From the NCBI GenBank assembly GCA_043228905.1, contig JBHGNT010000022.1, positions 3,844,001 through 3,908,000 on the forward strand: DNA of 64,000 bases. Reading direction: 5' to 3'. Below are positions 23,701 through 34,925 of this stretch, piece after piece. The translations under genes and the position numbers were made by a program. A model generated the notes under the pieces. That model was not told the origin of the DNA and made no database searches. It saw only the letters and a program-made list of their open reading frames with translations. This DNA comes from Azolla caroliniana. Its lineage: Eukaryota > Plantae > Polypodiophyta. Numbering within the stretch: the first letter of the stretch is position 1; the number at the start of each line of letters is the position of its first letter.

Positions 23701-24347
23701 ATACCGGTTTCCATCCTCGCTGGTCGGTGATCGACACTCCGGAGCTACCTACCAACCCTCGTGCCGAGGACCATTTGGAGAGGCTACGCAAGATCCAGAT
23801 GGATCTCTCTACTCACCTTCGTCATGCTCAACACACACAGAAGACTTATGCGGATCGTCATCGGATTCCCTCCTCTTTTGCCATCGGAGATCGAGTATGG
23901 CTCTTACGTCGTCACATCAAGACTACTCGACCGTGCGACAAGTTGGATTATCGACGACTCGGTCCTTTCCGTATTACGGGGAAGATTAATGATGTCACCT
24001 TCCGCCTGGATCTCCCTCCGCAGCTTCAGATACATCCGGTTTTCCATTGTTCTCTTCTTGAACCTTATAAAGCAAACACCATTCCCGATCGTGTGACACC
24101 ACCGCCGCCCCCGCTGGAGTTGGACGCCGGCCCGGAGTATGAAGTTGCTGCCATCCTCGATTCCAAACTTGTTCGCAACAAACTTTATTACTTGGTCGAT
24201 TGGCTCGGTTATAGTCCGAGCGAACGTACTTGGGAACCCGTCGAGAATGTTGCCAATGCACAAGATCTTCTTGCTGATTTCCACCGAAAGTATCCGGACA
24301 AACCCGGTCCACAGTTAGCGCCGACTCGTTCCACTCGTCGTCTTTAA
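20775..24347 (+). CDS. G pol (PR-RT-RH-IN-chromodomain), uninterrupted 1190 aa
   Basis: LLDSGA; IDLRGAY, MPFGL, YLDD; EADAS, YEIHDKELLAI; HHCC, SDRGPQF, HPQTDGQAER; EYEVAAILD...YLVDWLGY..SERTWEP. Confidence 0.93.
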   Translation: MSPAKIGAIWLDSSPRSVQPISGSIPSKQVSNVFLAQVIVSTKSTPPVPILALLDSGANSCFMDRNFAQASQISLRKLPCPASVVVIDGRPIASGNIVEESEPIQVVLGSFVCIISFNIISSPEHPIVLGLPWLELHNPAIDWRTREVRYRPPQESTHRVSTISLHQLREEGPKEAMFLFAISVHPSSTIKKDSSIQLPAKYHPYADVFDKVKAGTLPHHRPYDCPIDLQPGTEPPWGPIYNLSPTELEVLRAYIEENLASGFIRHSKSPAGAPIFFVKKKDGSLRLVVDYRGLNKVTIRNRYALPLISSLLERVNGAKFFTKIDLRGAYNLVRIRPGDEWKTAFRTRYGHFEYTVMPFGLTNAPAVFQHMANDIFRDLLDICLIIYLDDLLIYSKTQEEHDSHVLLVLKRLRENGLYAKLEKCSFDCKQVEFLGYVISSKGIAMDPAKIQTVLEWQIPRSVRDVQCFLGFANFYRKFIQDYSKIILPLTQLTKKGQAFLWSIEADMAFRHLKKAFTSTPILAHVDTSKPFIMEADASDFALGSILSQQGDKEELHPVAFHSRKFNVAEINYEIHDKELLAIVDSFVQWRHFLEGSPHQVIVFSDHKNLAYFQNARVLNRRQARWAQFLTRFNFEITYRPGKQQGKADALSRRSYLAPRPGDATFDNQKQVILGPTRLHTTRIFHTPMDSQITDDIRATLKTDSFAQDILAHIDTSRASCSQSQQPGIDYRQFEYHDGLLFFKKRVYVPDCSCRLQIVQHCHDTHTAGHFGSTKTLELVQRSFWWPHMRRFVDDYVRTCDACCRAKMPRHHPYGLLEPLPIPSKPWQSICLDFITDLPVSKGFDAILTVVDRYTKMAHFVPCTKAITSEETAALVMREVFRHHGLPDSIVSDRGPQFVSKFWQHLFRMLKVSCNLSSGYHPQTDGQAERTNQTLEQYLRCFLSYQQDDWAEILHFAEFAYNNAIHSSTRVSPFLAYTGFHPRWSVIDTPELPTNPRAEDHLERLRKIQMDLSTHLRHAQHTQKTYADRHRIPSSFAIGDRVWLLRRHIKTTRPCDKLDYRRLGPFRITGKINDVTFRLDLPPQLQIHPVFHCSLLEPYKANTIPDRVTPPPPPLELDAGPEYEVAAILDSKLVRNKLYYLVDWLGYSPSERTWEPVENVANAQDLLADFHRKYPDKPGPQLAPTRSTRRL

Positions 24348-24781
24348 GGGGGAGATAGTGTCATGGCAAGACTCGAACCCATGACTTTATGCTACATGGG
24401 TCGAGCTCTTACCATTAGATTAGGAATTATATTTTGTAGGATATTATTTTCATTTATACTTTATCATAGAAAATTGATGTATATTCCAGATCTCTCTGGA
24501 ACATTCTAGAAGCTTCAAGATTATTCCTAAAAACACTATAAAAGGAGGCACAAGGCATTGTTTTGAACCAAATTGGTTCAACACCAGTCTTAAGCCTCTT
24601 AGCCGATTTGTACTTATCTTTCATATAATACAAGAGCTGCTGTCATCATCTTATTTCTCTCTCTCTCTCCTCTTCTCACTTCCTCTCTCTCGGGAATCTT
24701 ACGCAGTCCTGTCTTCTTAGTACTAATAGTACTACTCTTCTTAGTACTAATTCCATCTCTGCTTTAGTACTATTCCTGACA

Positions 24782-25397
24782 AATAGCAAAGAAGGAGTTC
24801 CACGATCTTCTCGTGGATCTCGTGAAGCGAAAAAGACAAAGTACGGAGGAAAATGCTCCAAGGGTGAATGCGAACACCGTTTTAATGAACGACACCGAAG
24901 TGGAGGACAAAATTCCGAACTCCCACTATACAAGGCCACATTGGGCACGCGCGACTACGGAGACTCCGGTCCGAATCGGCAACATCAAAGAACCCGTGCT
25001 AGCATTGATTGATCACGGATCGGAGATCAACTTGATGTCCAAGGAGTTCTACCGGAAGGGGAAGTGGCCTATTAACACCAACCATGGATGGAAGATTCCG
25101 GCGGCCACCAAAGCAACGGAAGATCTATTTGCGGCTTGTCCGGATGTGACGGTGAAGATCGGGGATGTCGAGATCGACCAAAATTTCTTCGTGCAAGATG
25201 AGGTTTCACATTCCGTCATCCTCGGCCAACCCTTTATCACGGCATCACGGATGGAGACGAAGGTGCTCGATAGCGGTGCGGCTTTTGCACGAATTCGGAG
25301 CCAAAACGGTGGGAAATCCGTCCAATTCCTAACAGTGCCGGCAAATCACGAAAGGAACAAGAGGGAACTCTTGTCCCAAGTGAGAATGGATTTTTAA
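24782..25397 (+). pseudogene. F aspartic protease region (3' part of the gag-PR ORF)
   Basis: ALIDHGSEINLM and VILGQPF motifs. Confidence 0.85.
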
Positions 25398-28300
25398 AGT
25401 GGACTGTTGCGGAGTGGGGAAGTGATAGTCCGAGAAGCCCTGATACCCCACACAGGAAGAAAACTCTCGGAGCAAAACATGTACGAATAGGTCCGGATGG
25501 GGCATCTACGTACACGACCGTAACCGGAGGATTGAAGAAAGGATACCGACAAGTGGAGGATAAGTTGCGGTCGGCATCAATAATAAAAGAAGATGAAGAA
25601 ATCGTGGGGATAGTCGAAGAAGTGTTCTATGGGAGCACGCTACAACGACTTGAAGAACTTGCGGAAGATAAAAGCCAAGGGAACCGGGTAGTCCCGGTGG
25701 AATCGGTCGAGATGTACGAGATCATTGCGAAAATGGAGCCGGATACGCTCCGCAAAGAAGAAGCAATGGTAAGTACGAAATACAAGACCATGGAGAAGAA
25801 GGTGAAACCGGCCGCGGGACCACTACCCGCCGATAGCGAACAAAAGAGGAAAGAAGTCTCGGGAGATCCGGCACTTCGGAAGACCGTGGATATCGGACAT
25901 GCCTTCACGGATGAGACCCGGAAGAAACTTCGGATCGGTGGAGGTGGGTTCCTATTACAAAAAGAAGAAGAACGGTTTCGCGAGATGTTGGAGCAACACG
26001 GCAAAGCGTTTGCATTTACATCAAGGGAGATAGGGTGCGTCGATCCGAGAACAGTGGAGCCGATGGTGATCTTCACGATTGACCATGTACCGTGGAACCT
26101 AAAGCCGATTCCGGTGCCACGAGCGCATATTCCAAAAGTCATTGACTTGCTCAAGGAGAAGGTGGCGATGGGGATTCTAGAGCCATCAACTGCTCCGTAC
26201 TCAAATCGATGGTTTACGGTTCCGAAGAAGAATGGATCACTTCGATTTATCCAAGACTTGCAACCGGTGAATAAGGTCACGATCCGGAACTCGGGAGTCG
26301 GTCCGATAGTGGACGAATTTGCGGAAGCTTTTGCCGGTCATGCGATATACTCCATCGGAGACCTATACTCGGGGTATGACCAATTCCAACTAGCCGTGGA
26401 GAGCCGAGACATCACAACCATGCGAACACCGATAGGATTAGTCCGAATGTGCACACTACCACAAGGAGCGACAAACTCGGTTGCTCATATGATGAACGCG
26501 ATGAACAAGGTGCTTCGAGACTGCATTCCGGAGATAACGATGCCGTTCCTCGATGACATTCCGATGAAAGGATGCGCGGTAGAAGAAAAAGATGAGACTA
26601 TGGATGATCGGGGATGCCGAAAGTTCGTGGTCGACCATATTCATGATTGCGAGAAAGTGTTGTGAAAGCTAGAAGATGTGCACCTAACACTTTCCGGGGA
26701 GAAATCGGCATTCGGGCAAGAAGAAATATTGGTGGTCGGACATCTATGTGGGCCCTACGGCCGAAGACCGTCACCAACAAAGATCGATGCGATTCAAGCT
26801 ATGGAGGAAGTGTGCGAGTCAACATCGGAAGTCCGAAGGTTTCTCGGTGCATGTGCATTCTATCACATATGGATTCCGCACTATGCACATATAGCGGACC
26901 CGCTCTACCACTTGTTGTGGAAAGGTAAGAAATTCGAATGGAAACCGGAACACACCAAAGCCATGAAGAAATTGAAGAAGACACTTCGGAGGGCGGAAGC
27001 ACTTAAGAAACCGAGCTATGACCGACCGATCATAGTAACGGTTGATACAAGTCCAACCGGTATCGGGTGGGTCATCAATCAAGCCGACTCGGGTGGTTCG
27101 CGGTATCCGATCTGATTCGGAGCAAAGGTTCTCAACGAAAGGCAACGTGGATATGCGCAAGTCAAAAGAGAACTGTGGGGAGTCGTGTCGGCGATAAAAT
27201 CGGATCGGGATTATTTGATCGGAGCCGAAGTGGTGATCGAGACGGATTGTCTTCCGATACTCGGGATGATGCGGTGTTGTACGATACCGGATGTAGCTAT
27301 GCTAAGGTGGGTTACATATGTCAAGTCGCTTAATCCGGAGGTTCGACACATCTCGGGGAAGGACAACGCGGTAGCGGATATGTTATCAAGGGCTCGGTTC
27401 GGAGACGACATAACCGAATCGGATAATGAAGAAGTTTCCGAAGACTACTTCGCGTCGGAGCACATATGCTGAGTAAACGTAATCCGGGAATTCCGGGAAG
27501 AAGAATACGAGGGAGAAAGCTTGATGATCGGGAAGATGTTACAAGAGGCCGAGGATTCAACAAACGATAAAGGAAGAAGAGCCGAGATCCGAAGGAAGAA
27601 GAGACAAGTCCAAAAGTTCTTCTTGGAAAACGGATTAATATGGAGGGCGCCGAAAAGACCGGATGGTATACCACTTCGAGTAGTCGGGACAAAAGAGCAA
27701 CGAAGCCGGATAATGTCCGAGTTTCACGAATCCGATTGGGCTGGACACCGAGGAACATGGGCAACATTTGTGAAGATCAAGCAAAAATATTGGTGGAAGA
27801 AAATGTACAAAGATGTCGCGGAGTTTACGGAAAGCTGCGAGAAATGTCAAGTCTACTCCGGGGTTCGACATCGAGATGAGTTACATCCGACATTCTCACC
27901 GACAATCAACTTCAAGTGGATGGTCGACATAGTGGCCATGCCGACCGGGATCGGACAAAAGAAATACTTGGTATTAGCTCGGGAAGATCTCACGAATCAA
28001 GTAGAAGGTCGAGCGCTTCAGAGGAAAACGTGTTCCGCGGTATGCCAATTTCTTTTGGAGGAAGTATTTTGCAGGTACGGGTGCGTAGGACAAGTGATTG
28101 CGGACCGGGGAGAACTCGACTCGGACAAAGCTAGGGGATTCTTCGCTAAACACGGAGTTCGGTTATCGCTGACAACGGCATACAATCCGGAGGCCAACGG
28201 GAAAATCGAACGAGGACATAGTCCGATCGTGAAAGCACTTGCGAAGGCATGCGATGGAAAGGTGAAGGACTGGCCGCAGATGCTTCCGTATGCACTATGG

Positions 28301-28986
28301 GCGGATCGGACGACGCATAGTTCCATAACCGGTTACATGCCGGCAGAACTCATGACCGGACAAGCACCGGTAATGCCGACGGAAACCGCGATCGCAACAT
28401 GGACAGTGCTACCGTGGAAGGAAGAGATGAGCTGGGAAGAACTACTAGCGGTCCGGATACGACAACTAGAGGGAAGACCGGCAGACATAGCGGAAGCAAT
28501 ACGCCGACAACAAGAAGCACGATTAAGGAACAAAAGCCGGTTCGACACAAAGCACCGACTACGACCGAGGAGGATTGAAGAAGGAGATTGGGTGATCGTC
28601 TATGACAGTAGTTTGGACCATCAACATACAACAATGCGGAAATTCGCGAAAAGGTGGTTCGGGCCATACGAGGTTCGGAAATTCTTCGACAACGGAACGT
28701 ACCGACTGTCCGAGTTGGATGGAACAATACTACGAGTGCCTTTAGCCGGGAAGCGGGTGAAGATTTTCAAGAAGCGGACCGACGACAAACCCTATGTGAT
28801 CCAAGCCAAGGCCGACAACGAGGAGCAATCGGACGAAGACCACGGTGATGCGGGAAGCGAAGAAAGTGAATTACAACTCATAGTCGACATAAGGGGAGAA
28901 TCGGAGGAAGCTTTGGGTGAAGACGGATATGGGGGATCGAGAACTTCGGCACATACCGGAGGATGTGCGGGTTCGGAGGGGGCGAA
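25391..28986 (+). pseudogene. F RT-RNaseH-integrase with three premature TGA stops
   Basis: DLYSGYDQF, LPQGATNS, FLDD; TVDTSPTGIG, ETDC; H..H/C..C, ADRGE, YNPEANGKIERGH, WFGPY. Stops at 26663, 27113 and 27470. Confidence 0.9.
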
Positions 28987-29692
28987 TGTCGTAGTGTATT
29001 CCACACACTACGTGAAAACCATAAAATAATATATCCGATTTTAGATACATATAAATAAATAAATAATATATCAAAAGAATTTATCACGTGCATAGGGCAA
29101 GATTTGAACCATGCACCTCCACGTAGATAAACCACAACTTTACCATTGTAATAATTTATCTTTAGTGTTATAAATATAGATTTAATGCGTATAAGACCTT
29201 TATTTACACATACCTTTATTAAAAGGTAAAAATCATGTATTCTTTAGAGTGTGAATATTTTATTTACACGTGACATTAAAAGTGACTCATGCACATCTAG
29301 CGTGCATGAGCCCTATATTTAGGAAATGACAAAGCATCACATGCACATTTAGTGTGCATGGGCACTTTAGGTGAAAAAGCATGAAGCCATGCTTAGCCTC
29401 TTCCATCTTTATATAAGGAGGAGAAAAATATGTATATGGTTGTTGATTAATATACAAGTTTTTGATCAATCTAATATATTCGTGGGATTCACGAATTTTT
29501 GCCATCTAATTGCTCTTATAATCTAAATATTGTTTTAATTACACTAAACTCGTGAGATTCACGAGATTGCTATCTTACTTCTCTTTCCACTATTCATAAC
29601 TAGCCTTAAGTTGTATTCCTCTTCCTCCTAGTCAAAAACCTTGGCGGTTCCCACCCGACTCACGCAACGATCCGGAGCCCAAGGGCACGACA
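28987..29692 (+). repeat. 3' LTR of F
   Basis: Preceded by the PPT ggagggggcgaa. Confidence 0.96.
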
Positions 29693-30042
29693 CCGTGTCC
29701 TCGGCCTCTTCGTAGGCCTGCTCTCTTCCTCCCTCCCGGAATGGTCATCCGGGAGTCCGCTCCGCCCGGTTCTCGTCCGAGTCCGTTCGTCCTTCTCCGG
29801 ATTGTCGAGTCCAGTTCTCCTGTTGCCACCTCCTCTCTTGTCGGACTCACGCCGGCACTCGGGCCTGCAGCCGGATCGGTGTAAGGAATCCCATAGGACC
29901 GGCTTTCATTCTCCTTCCAAATCTCGACCTTCGCCCGGTCGGTCTTTCTCCCCATGTAAAAGAGGGTGGCTTGTCCCGCACCCCCTTCCGTATCGGCACT
30001 TTTATGCCAAATCCGGCCCCGATCGAACGATCCACGACCGGA

Positions 30043-31431
30043 TTACGCTCCACCCGTATCGGAATGCGGATCTCCTCGTGCTGCATCCGTCCTCGGCCTC
30101 CTCACAGGCCGTTTCCCATCCATCTTCCCTAGCATCGTGCCAGGACTCCTCGGTACCGCCATCCATCTCCTCGGTCTTACATGGGCATACGGGCCCGAAT
30201 GCCGAGTTCTCCGGAATCGGGTCCGTGGGCTTTCGTCCGCTCCTTCCCCGCCGGTGATTCTTGGCCTTTCGCCGCCGCCTTCCTCTGCTTGGGACTCACG
30301 TGGGCACTCGGGCCCAACTGCCATCGTCTCGGGAGCAAGTGTGGGAAGACACAAAGAATCGCTCGTCCGTTTTACGCCCTTGTCCGTAGCCACCGACTCT
30401 TCGTGGTCAGCGGTCGTCTTCTTACCGATCACGCAAGCCCCGTCTGGGCTTGCTTCTCCAATGACCGGGATCTCGGGCTTACACGCCCGAAACCGCTGGT
30501 CCCAACGTTCCGGTTCCGCGATCTGTATCTCGGCCTCGTCCTTGGCCGTTCTATCTCCGCAAGTCGAGAGGGCGTTTCGTTCCGCACCCTCTCCCGTGGT
30601 ACCGTGGTACCGATGTTCCGCAGTCGCGTGGGGCAAGTCCGTCTCCTCAGTCTCGGCTTGCGGCCTCCGTCTTTCCTCTTCCTCGAGCATCGCCTCGAGA
30701 GCTGCGTACGCCTCCGCAATCCTGGCCCCAACACCGACCCTTGCTGACTCTCTTTGATGTTCGGCCTCTTCCCGCTGTGATGGCACGCCGTCGCGTACCT
30801 TCCTCTTAGCCTTCTCGGCTCGCTCTTTGTCTAGCCGTTGGCACACCCTTCCGACCTTCGACCAGTCCTCTGTAAGCCCATTCGCTCCATCATCGTCTTC
30901 GAGCTCAATCCCGATGGCTTCCCGTTCCGCTCGGTCGATCGACCTGACGAACAAAAGGACTTTGTCCGCCCCCACCAAACCTTGTTCCCGCTCCAGGAGC
31001 CGAGCAAGCCGTCGCTCGAACTCTCGGAACGCCTTGGTCGCGCCCCGGTGGGTCTTTGCCGATGCTACCCACTGGTCAAAGTCCTGTCGTCACCAGCTCT
31101 TCCGCCGTCCTCCGTATGCCTTCAGGAGTGCCTCTTCGAAGGCCTCCCACGAACTATGAGCCTCACGGAGCTCCTTTACTTCCGCATGCATCTGGACAGC
31201 CACGACCCGACAGAAGAACTCCAGCCTCAACGCCTCGTCTACGCCACACTCCTCCATTTCCGTGTTGTAGGCTTCCAAGTAAGATGGGACTTTGTCCCCG
31301 ATGAAACGGCCGACTCTTTCGACCACTCGCTCAACCACTTGTTGCGCTGCTTCTCGCCTCATCACCACTCGTGCCGACTCCAACACCACTTCGGCCACCA
31401 TCTCCGCAAGGTCGTCGTCTTCCGACTCCAT
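30043..31431 (-). pseudogene. Gag-like ORF of element E (frameshift near 31100) with a low-complexity extension
   Basis: VERVVERVGRFIGDKVPSYLEAY...WEAFEEAL and DKVLLFVRSID...IELED...GLTEDW align by eye with F Gag. Confidence 0.8.
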
Positions 31432-31468
31432 CCTCCCTTGCCGCCTTTCACGTCGGGTTCACCAAAGA

Positions 31469-32209
31469 TGTCGCGTTGTTACGTGCGTGCGTGGAGAAAG
31501 GCGGGACCACGGGGGTCTTGGACTAGGGAGTGATGGAGCGTAGGAGGTCGTGCTTCACCGTTTCTGGGGCATCTCAGAAACACACCGAAAGCAACCGAAG
31601 GGAGAGAGAGAGAGAGCATGCTTAACACCAACTCACGCATACACACGCACACATAGCCCAACCCGGCTCACACCTTATGTACAGAAAACGCAGGAAAAGG
31701 GGAAGCACCCGACACCAACAGAGACGCGAATATACACAGACAGACGCAAATGTATATATATATAAAGAAGAATACATTCCCGGCTTCGAGCCGGACTGAG
31801 GTAGGTTACAGTAGTTGCCTGCTGCCAAGCCGCCATCGGGGAGCTCTCAGCTCGTCGCGCCGAGCGGGGTCTTGCACAGGAGGCCGAACCAAAGCAAACC
31901 CTAAGCAAACATGAAGGGGGGAGAAGAAGGAGAAGAAGAAACCTAACGGTATACCCTCTAATGCAAAATGGGCAACCCTTTCACAAAGGGCGTTCCCTTC
32001 CTTTTATAGAACAAGGAGAGGGATGCGTTACAATGTGGGATAAATCCCGACTTATATGGGATCGTCTGTCCCGACTTGACTACTCTTCGGCGCCATAAAG
32101 GCGCCCTCGATATTCACACTAAATATACATGGGTGCGTACACACGCTGCACCCCGCCGACGTAGCCAATGTTTCCCGGTTTTCGCCTCTGGCCGAAATTC
32201 TTCAGGACA
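31469..32209 (-). repeat. 5' LTR of element E
   Basis: Near-identical to 15424-16171; adjacent to the PBS. Confidence 0.95.
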
Positions 32210-34925
32210 ACGTCGTATGCCGTGTTTTCGGCAAAATTTGACGAATTTCTCTAATTTGAACTCTCCCCCATTATCGGTCCAAAAACATTTCAGTTTTCGG
32301 CTGAACTGATTCTCTACCATAGCAAGCCAATTGGAGAAGATCGAGAAGACACGATCTTTGGTTCTAATTGGATAAGCCCACACCTTCCTAGTCAAGTCGT
32401 CAATGAAGTTGACGAAATACAAAGCATTGTCGAGTGATTGATGTGGCATAGGGCCACAGACATCTAAGTGAACCAAATCGAGCGGGCTCGATTCTCTCAG
32501 GGCTGAAGAAGGGTGTGTCCTGGCTATTTGTTTGCCATATTGACAATGCTCGCAGAATTGATGATTTGAGAAGGAGAGTTTAGGGATGTAACCGGCTCTT
32601 GATAAGTGCGTGATGTTGGCCTTGCTGAGGTGTCCGAGTCGTCCGTGCCATAGTGATGACACAGGAATGTCAACCAAAAATAGGCTACCCTCCCTGAGCG
32701 TAATGTGTAGTGGATACAGTGAATCTATCTTCGGTCCTCTAGTAAGCAGGAGGTTTCCCCTATGGAGTGTCCACCCTCATGATGAGAAGTTGGCATGAAT
32801 GTCATCTTCATCCAATTGTCCGACTAAGATCAGTGATCGTGAGAGCTCAGGTACATGTCAGACATTGCGTAGTACCAATGTAGAACCACCCACAAGGTGG
32901 AGCTCTATCGTGCCAATTCCAATTATATCGCAGTGTTGCGAATTTCCTACTCGAACTGAGTTGGAATGTCGGGCCATGTATTGCCGAAATTGGGATCGAT
33001 GAGGAGTTAAATGAAATGACGCACCCGAATCTAAGAGCCATGTGCTTGATTCTTCAGTCATAAGTAGAACTTCTAATCCGACTGGATTTTCGATTGAGAG
33101 TATGTTCGAGTCGTTTGATAGTACGTCAACTAAAGAACTGACTTAGTTGATCTTCTCATGATGGCCACTCTTCTTGTCGTTTTTTTCTTGAGAGCACGGC
33201 AATCGGCTTTGATGTGTCCGGGTTTCTTGCAGTAGTTGCATACTCAATTATCCCGTGACTTGCTTCGTCTTCGTTGATTGTTCGATTACCGTGAAGAGTC
33301 CCTTCCACGGCTGTTCGATCGGTTAGTCGAACCTTGTACTACGTAAGTGTCATTGGCCGAATCGTTCGCAAACGATTTTCTCCGAGATGCTTCAGTCAGA
33401 ATAGCACTCGTGACTGAGCAGTACTTGACTACCGTAGTTGACACATTGCACACGGTGGTGATGAAAGTTTCCCACGACAAAGGGAGACTACTCATAAGCA
33501 ACATTGCTTTTAGTTCATCCTCGATGATCGTCCCCTTAGCTGCAATTTGGGAGCTTTGACTTTCGTACTCGTTTAAATGTGCCTAGACCGAATCGGATTC
33601 CTTCATCTGAAGATTGTAAAGACACTGAATCAAGAATATCTTCGTGGCGGCACCTTTCTTTTTGTAAGTGTTCGACAATGTCTTCCATAGTTGGAAGGCT
33701 GTCGTAAACGATTGCACCGTGAGATATACAGATTTTGATAGGTGCATCCGAATTGTGGCGCGAACGATTCGGTCTAGCTTCTGCCACTCGATTGGTTTGT
33801 ATCCTTCTGGAGGATCTTCATTCTCGATGGGGTCAATCCGGCCCTTGACTATCAAGTAGTCTTGCATTTGCTCCTTCCAAAAGTTGAAGTTCGATCCATC
33901 GAACTTCCGTAGACTCATCTTTGACGAGCCGGATGTTGAAGCCATGTGTCTTGGTATAATAGACTTTGTCCTGAGTTAGGTACGAACTGTGGTGGAGTGC
34001 GACAGCCTAGCCCACTCAATGTCGTTCTAGCCGAAGTTGAACACAAGCCGTGTTGATTACAAAGAACCGTGAATCCTGTTCGGAGTGACTACAGTCAACT
34101 AACTTAGTCGAATTGAACCGAGACTTGATGATTCGATTTCTCCGAAATCTCCCAACACCAATTCTATGCAATACTCCAGGCCGATCCTGTTTTGGTTGAC
34201 TGCAACGAGGAGAGGGACGGAACCAACTGGTCCTCCCGAATGTCGTCCAGTCAAATGAAACACGGATTGGGGTTGCCCCTGGAGTCGTGTTTGCTTCAGG
34301 TGACTACGGCGAGTAGGAGAGTAGCGTCAAATGACCTATTCGATTTCCGCCTAGTCGATTGAAGCAATGATTTGGCCTAATCAAGACAGAAGTCCCACTC
34401 CGAGCGACTACAACCACAAACCGAGAGTGATCTAGAACAATGAAGTGTTGACTTCGTCACGTTTCTCTTTGCAAGAACAATCTCGTTGTGATTTGCCTGT
34501 CGTGACTAGCTAAGATCTTCAGAATACACGAAGAAGAGTTTTCAGAGGCTAAGACAGAAACTGGGCTCTGATACTAGATGTTGGGAAAGGGCCGCCTTCG
34601 AATACAAAACTTAAGCGAAACTCTTCTATATGATGATCATGAAGTGGTGTATGTAGACAGAAAGATCAATGGCAGATGGAAACATTAAACAAGATGTTGC
34701 AAAGCACGCAAGGGAGAGTGAGAGAGAAAGGCACAACAAACTATTTGTATATTAGGCAATAGAACAAAGAGCAACAACAACAACATTTAACTAGGTTACA
34801 AAGTCAGTTTATATACTGACTAACTTAGGGCAACTGCCCTTCTCAGTATTTACATAAATAGTGTAAGCCTAGTGTGTACAAAAGGAGACAATGTGAATAC
34901 GTCCATTAGACACCTGTATTCAACA

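Larger units (their letters stand above)
20044..24781 (+). mobile_element. Chromovirus G (Tcn1-like Ty3/Gypsy), 5'-deleted, 3' LTR 24359-24781
   Basis: Partial gag, intact pol with chromodomain, PPT aagggggagatag, LTR TGTCA...TGACA (423 bp). Confidence 0.93.
17899..29692 (+). mobile_element. Ty3/Gypsy element F (non-chromovirus), 706-bp LTRs, tRNA-Trp PBS, 4-bp TSD CCGT
   Basis: LTRs 17899-18604 and 28987-29692 (4 substitutions seen). TSD ccgt at 17895-17898 and 29693-29696. PBS 18609-18626, PPT 28975-28986; order gag, PR, RT, RH, IN. Confidence 0.96.
15424..32209 (-). mobile_element. LTR element E: Gag-only non-autonomous Gypsy, tRNA-Trp PBS, 4-bp TSD ACGT
   Basis: Paired LTRs 15424-16171 and 31469-32209. 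TSD acgt at 15420-15423 and 32210-32213. PBS TGGTGAACCCGACGTGA at 31464-31448. PPT-like tract at 16172-16185. Confidence 0.92.
15123..34925 (-). mobile_element. Ty1/Copia element B (Tnt1/Tork-like Gag), 5' LTR 34925-34579, PBS 34576-34565; split by E; RT/RH and 3' LTR missing
   Basis: LTR TGTTG...CAACA (347 bp). Gag KFDGSNFNFWKEQM, PR WLLDSGASFH, IN LWHGRLGH/TDNGGEF. The integrase reads HGIRR|EFTTPHSPEQNG across the E insertion. Confidence 0.9.

Noticed and set aside
34579-34925. LTR apparently shared between B and C (tandem element)
   Set aside because: No PPT, and C's RNase H is cut at IFTK, so B inserted into C.
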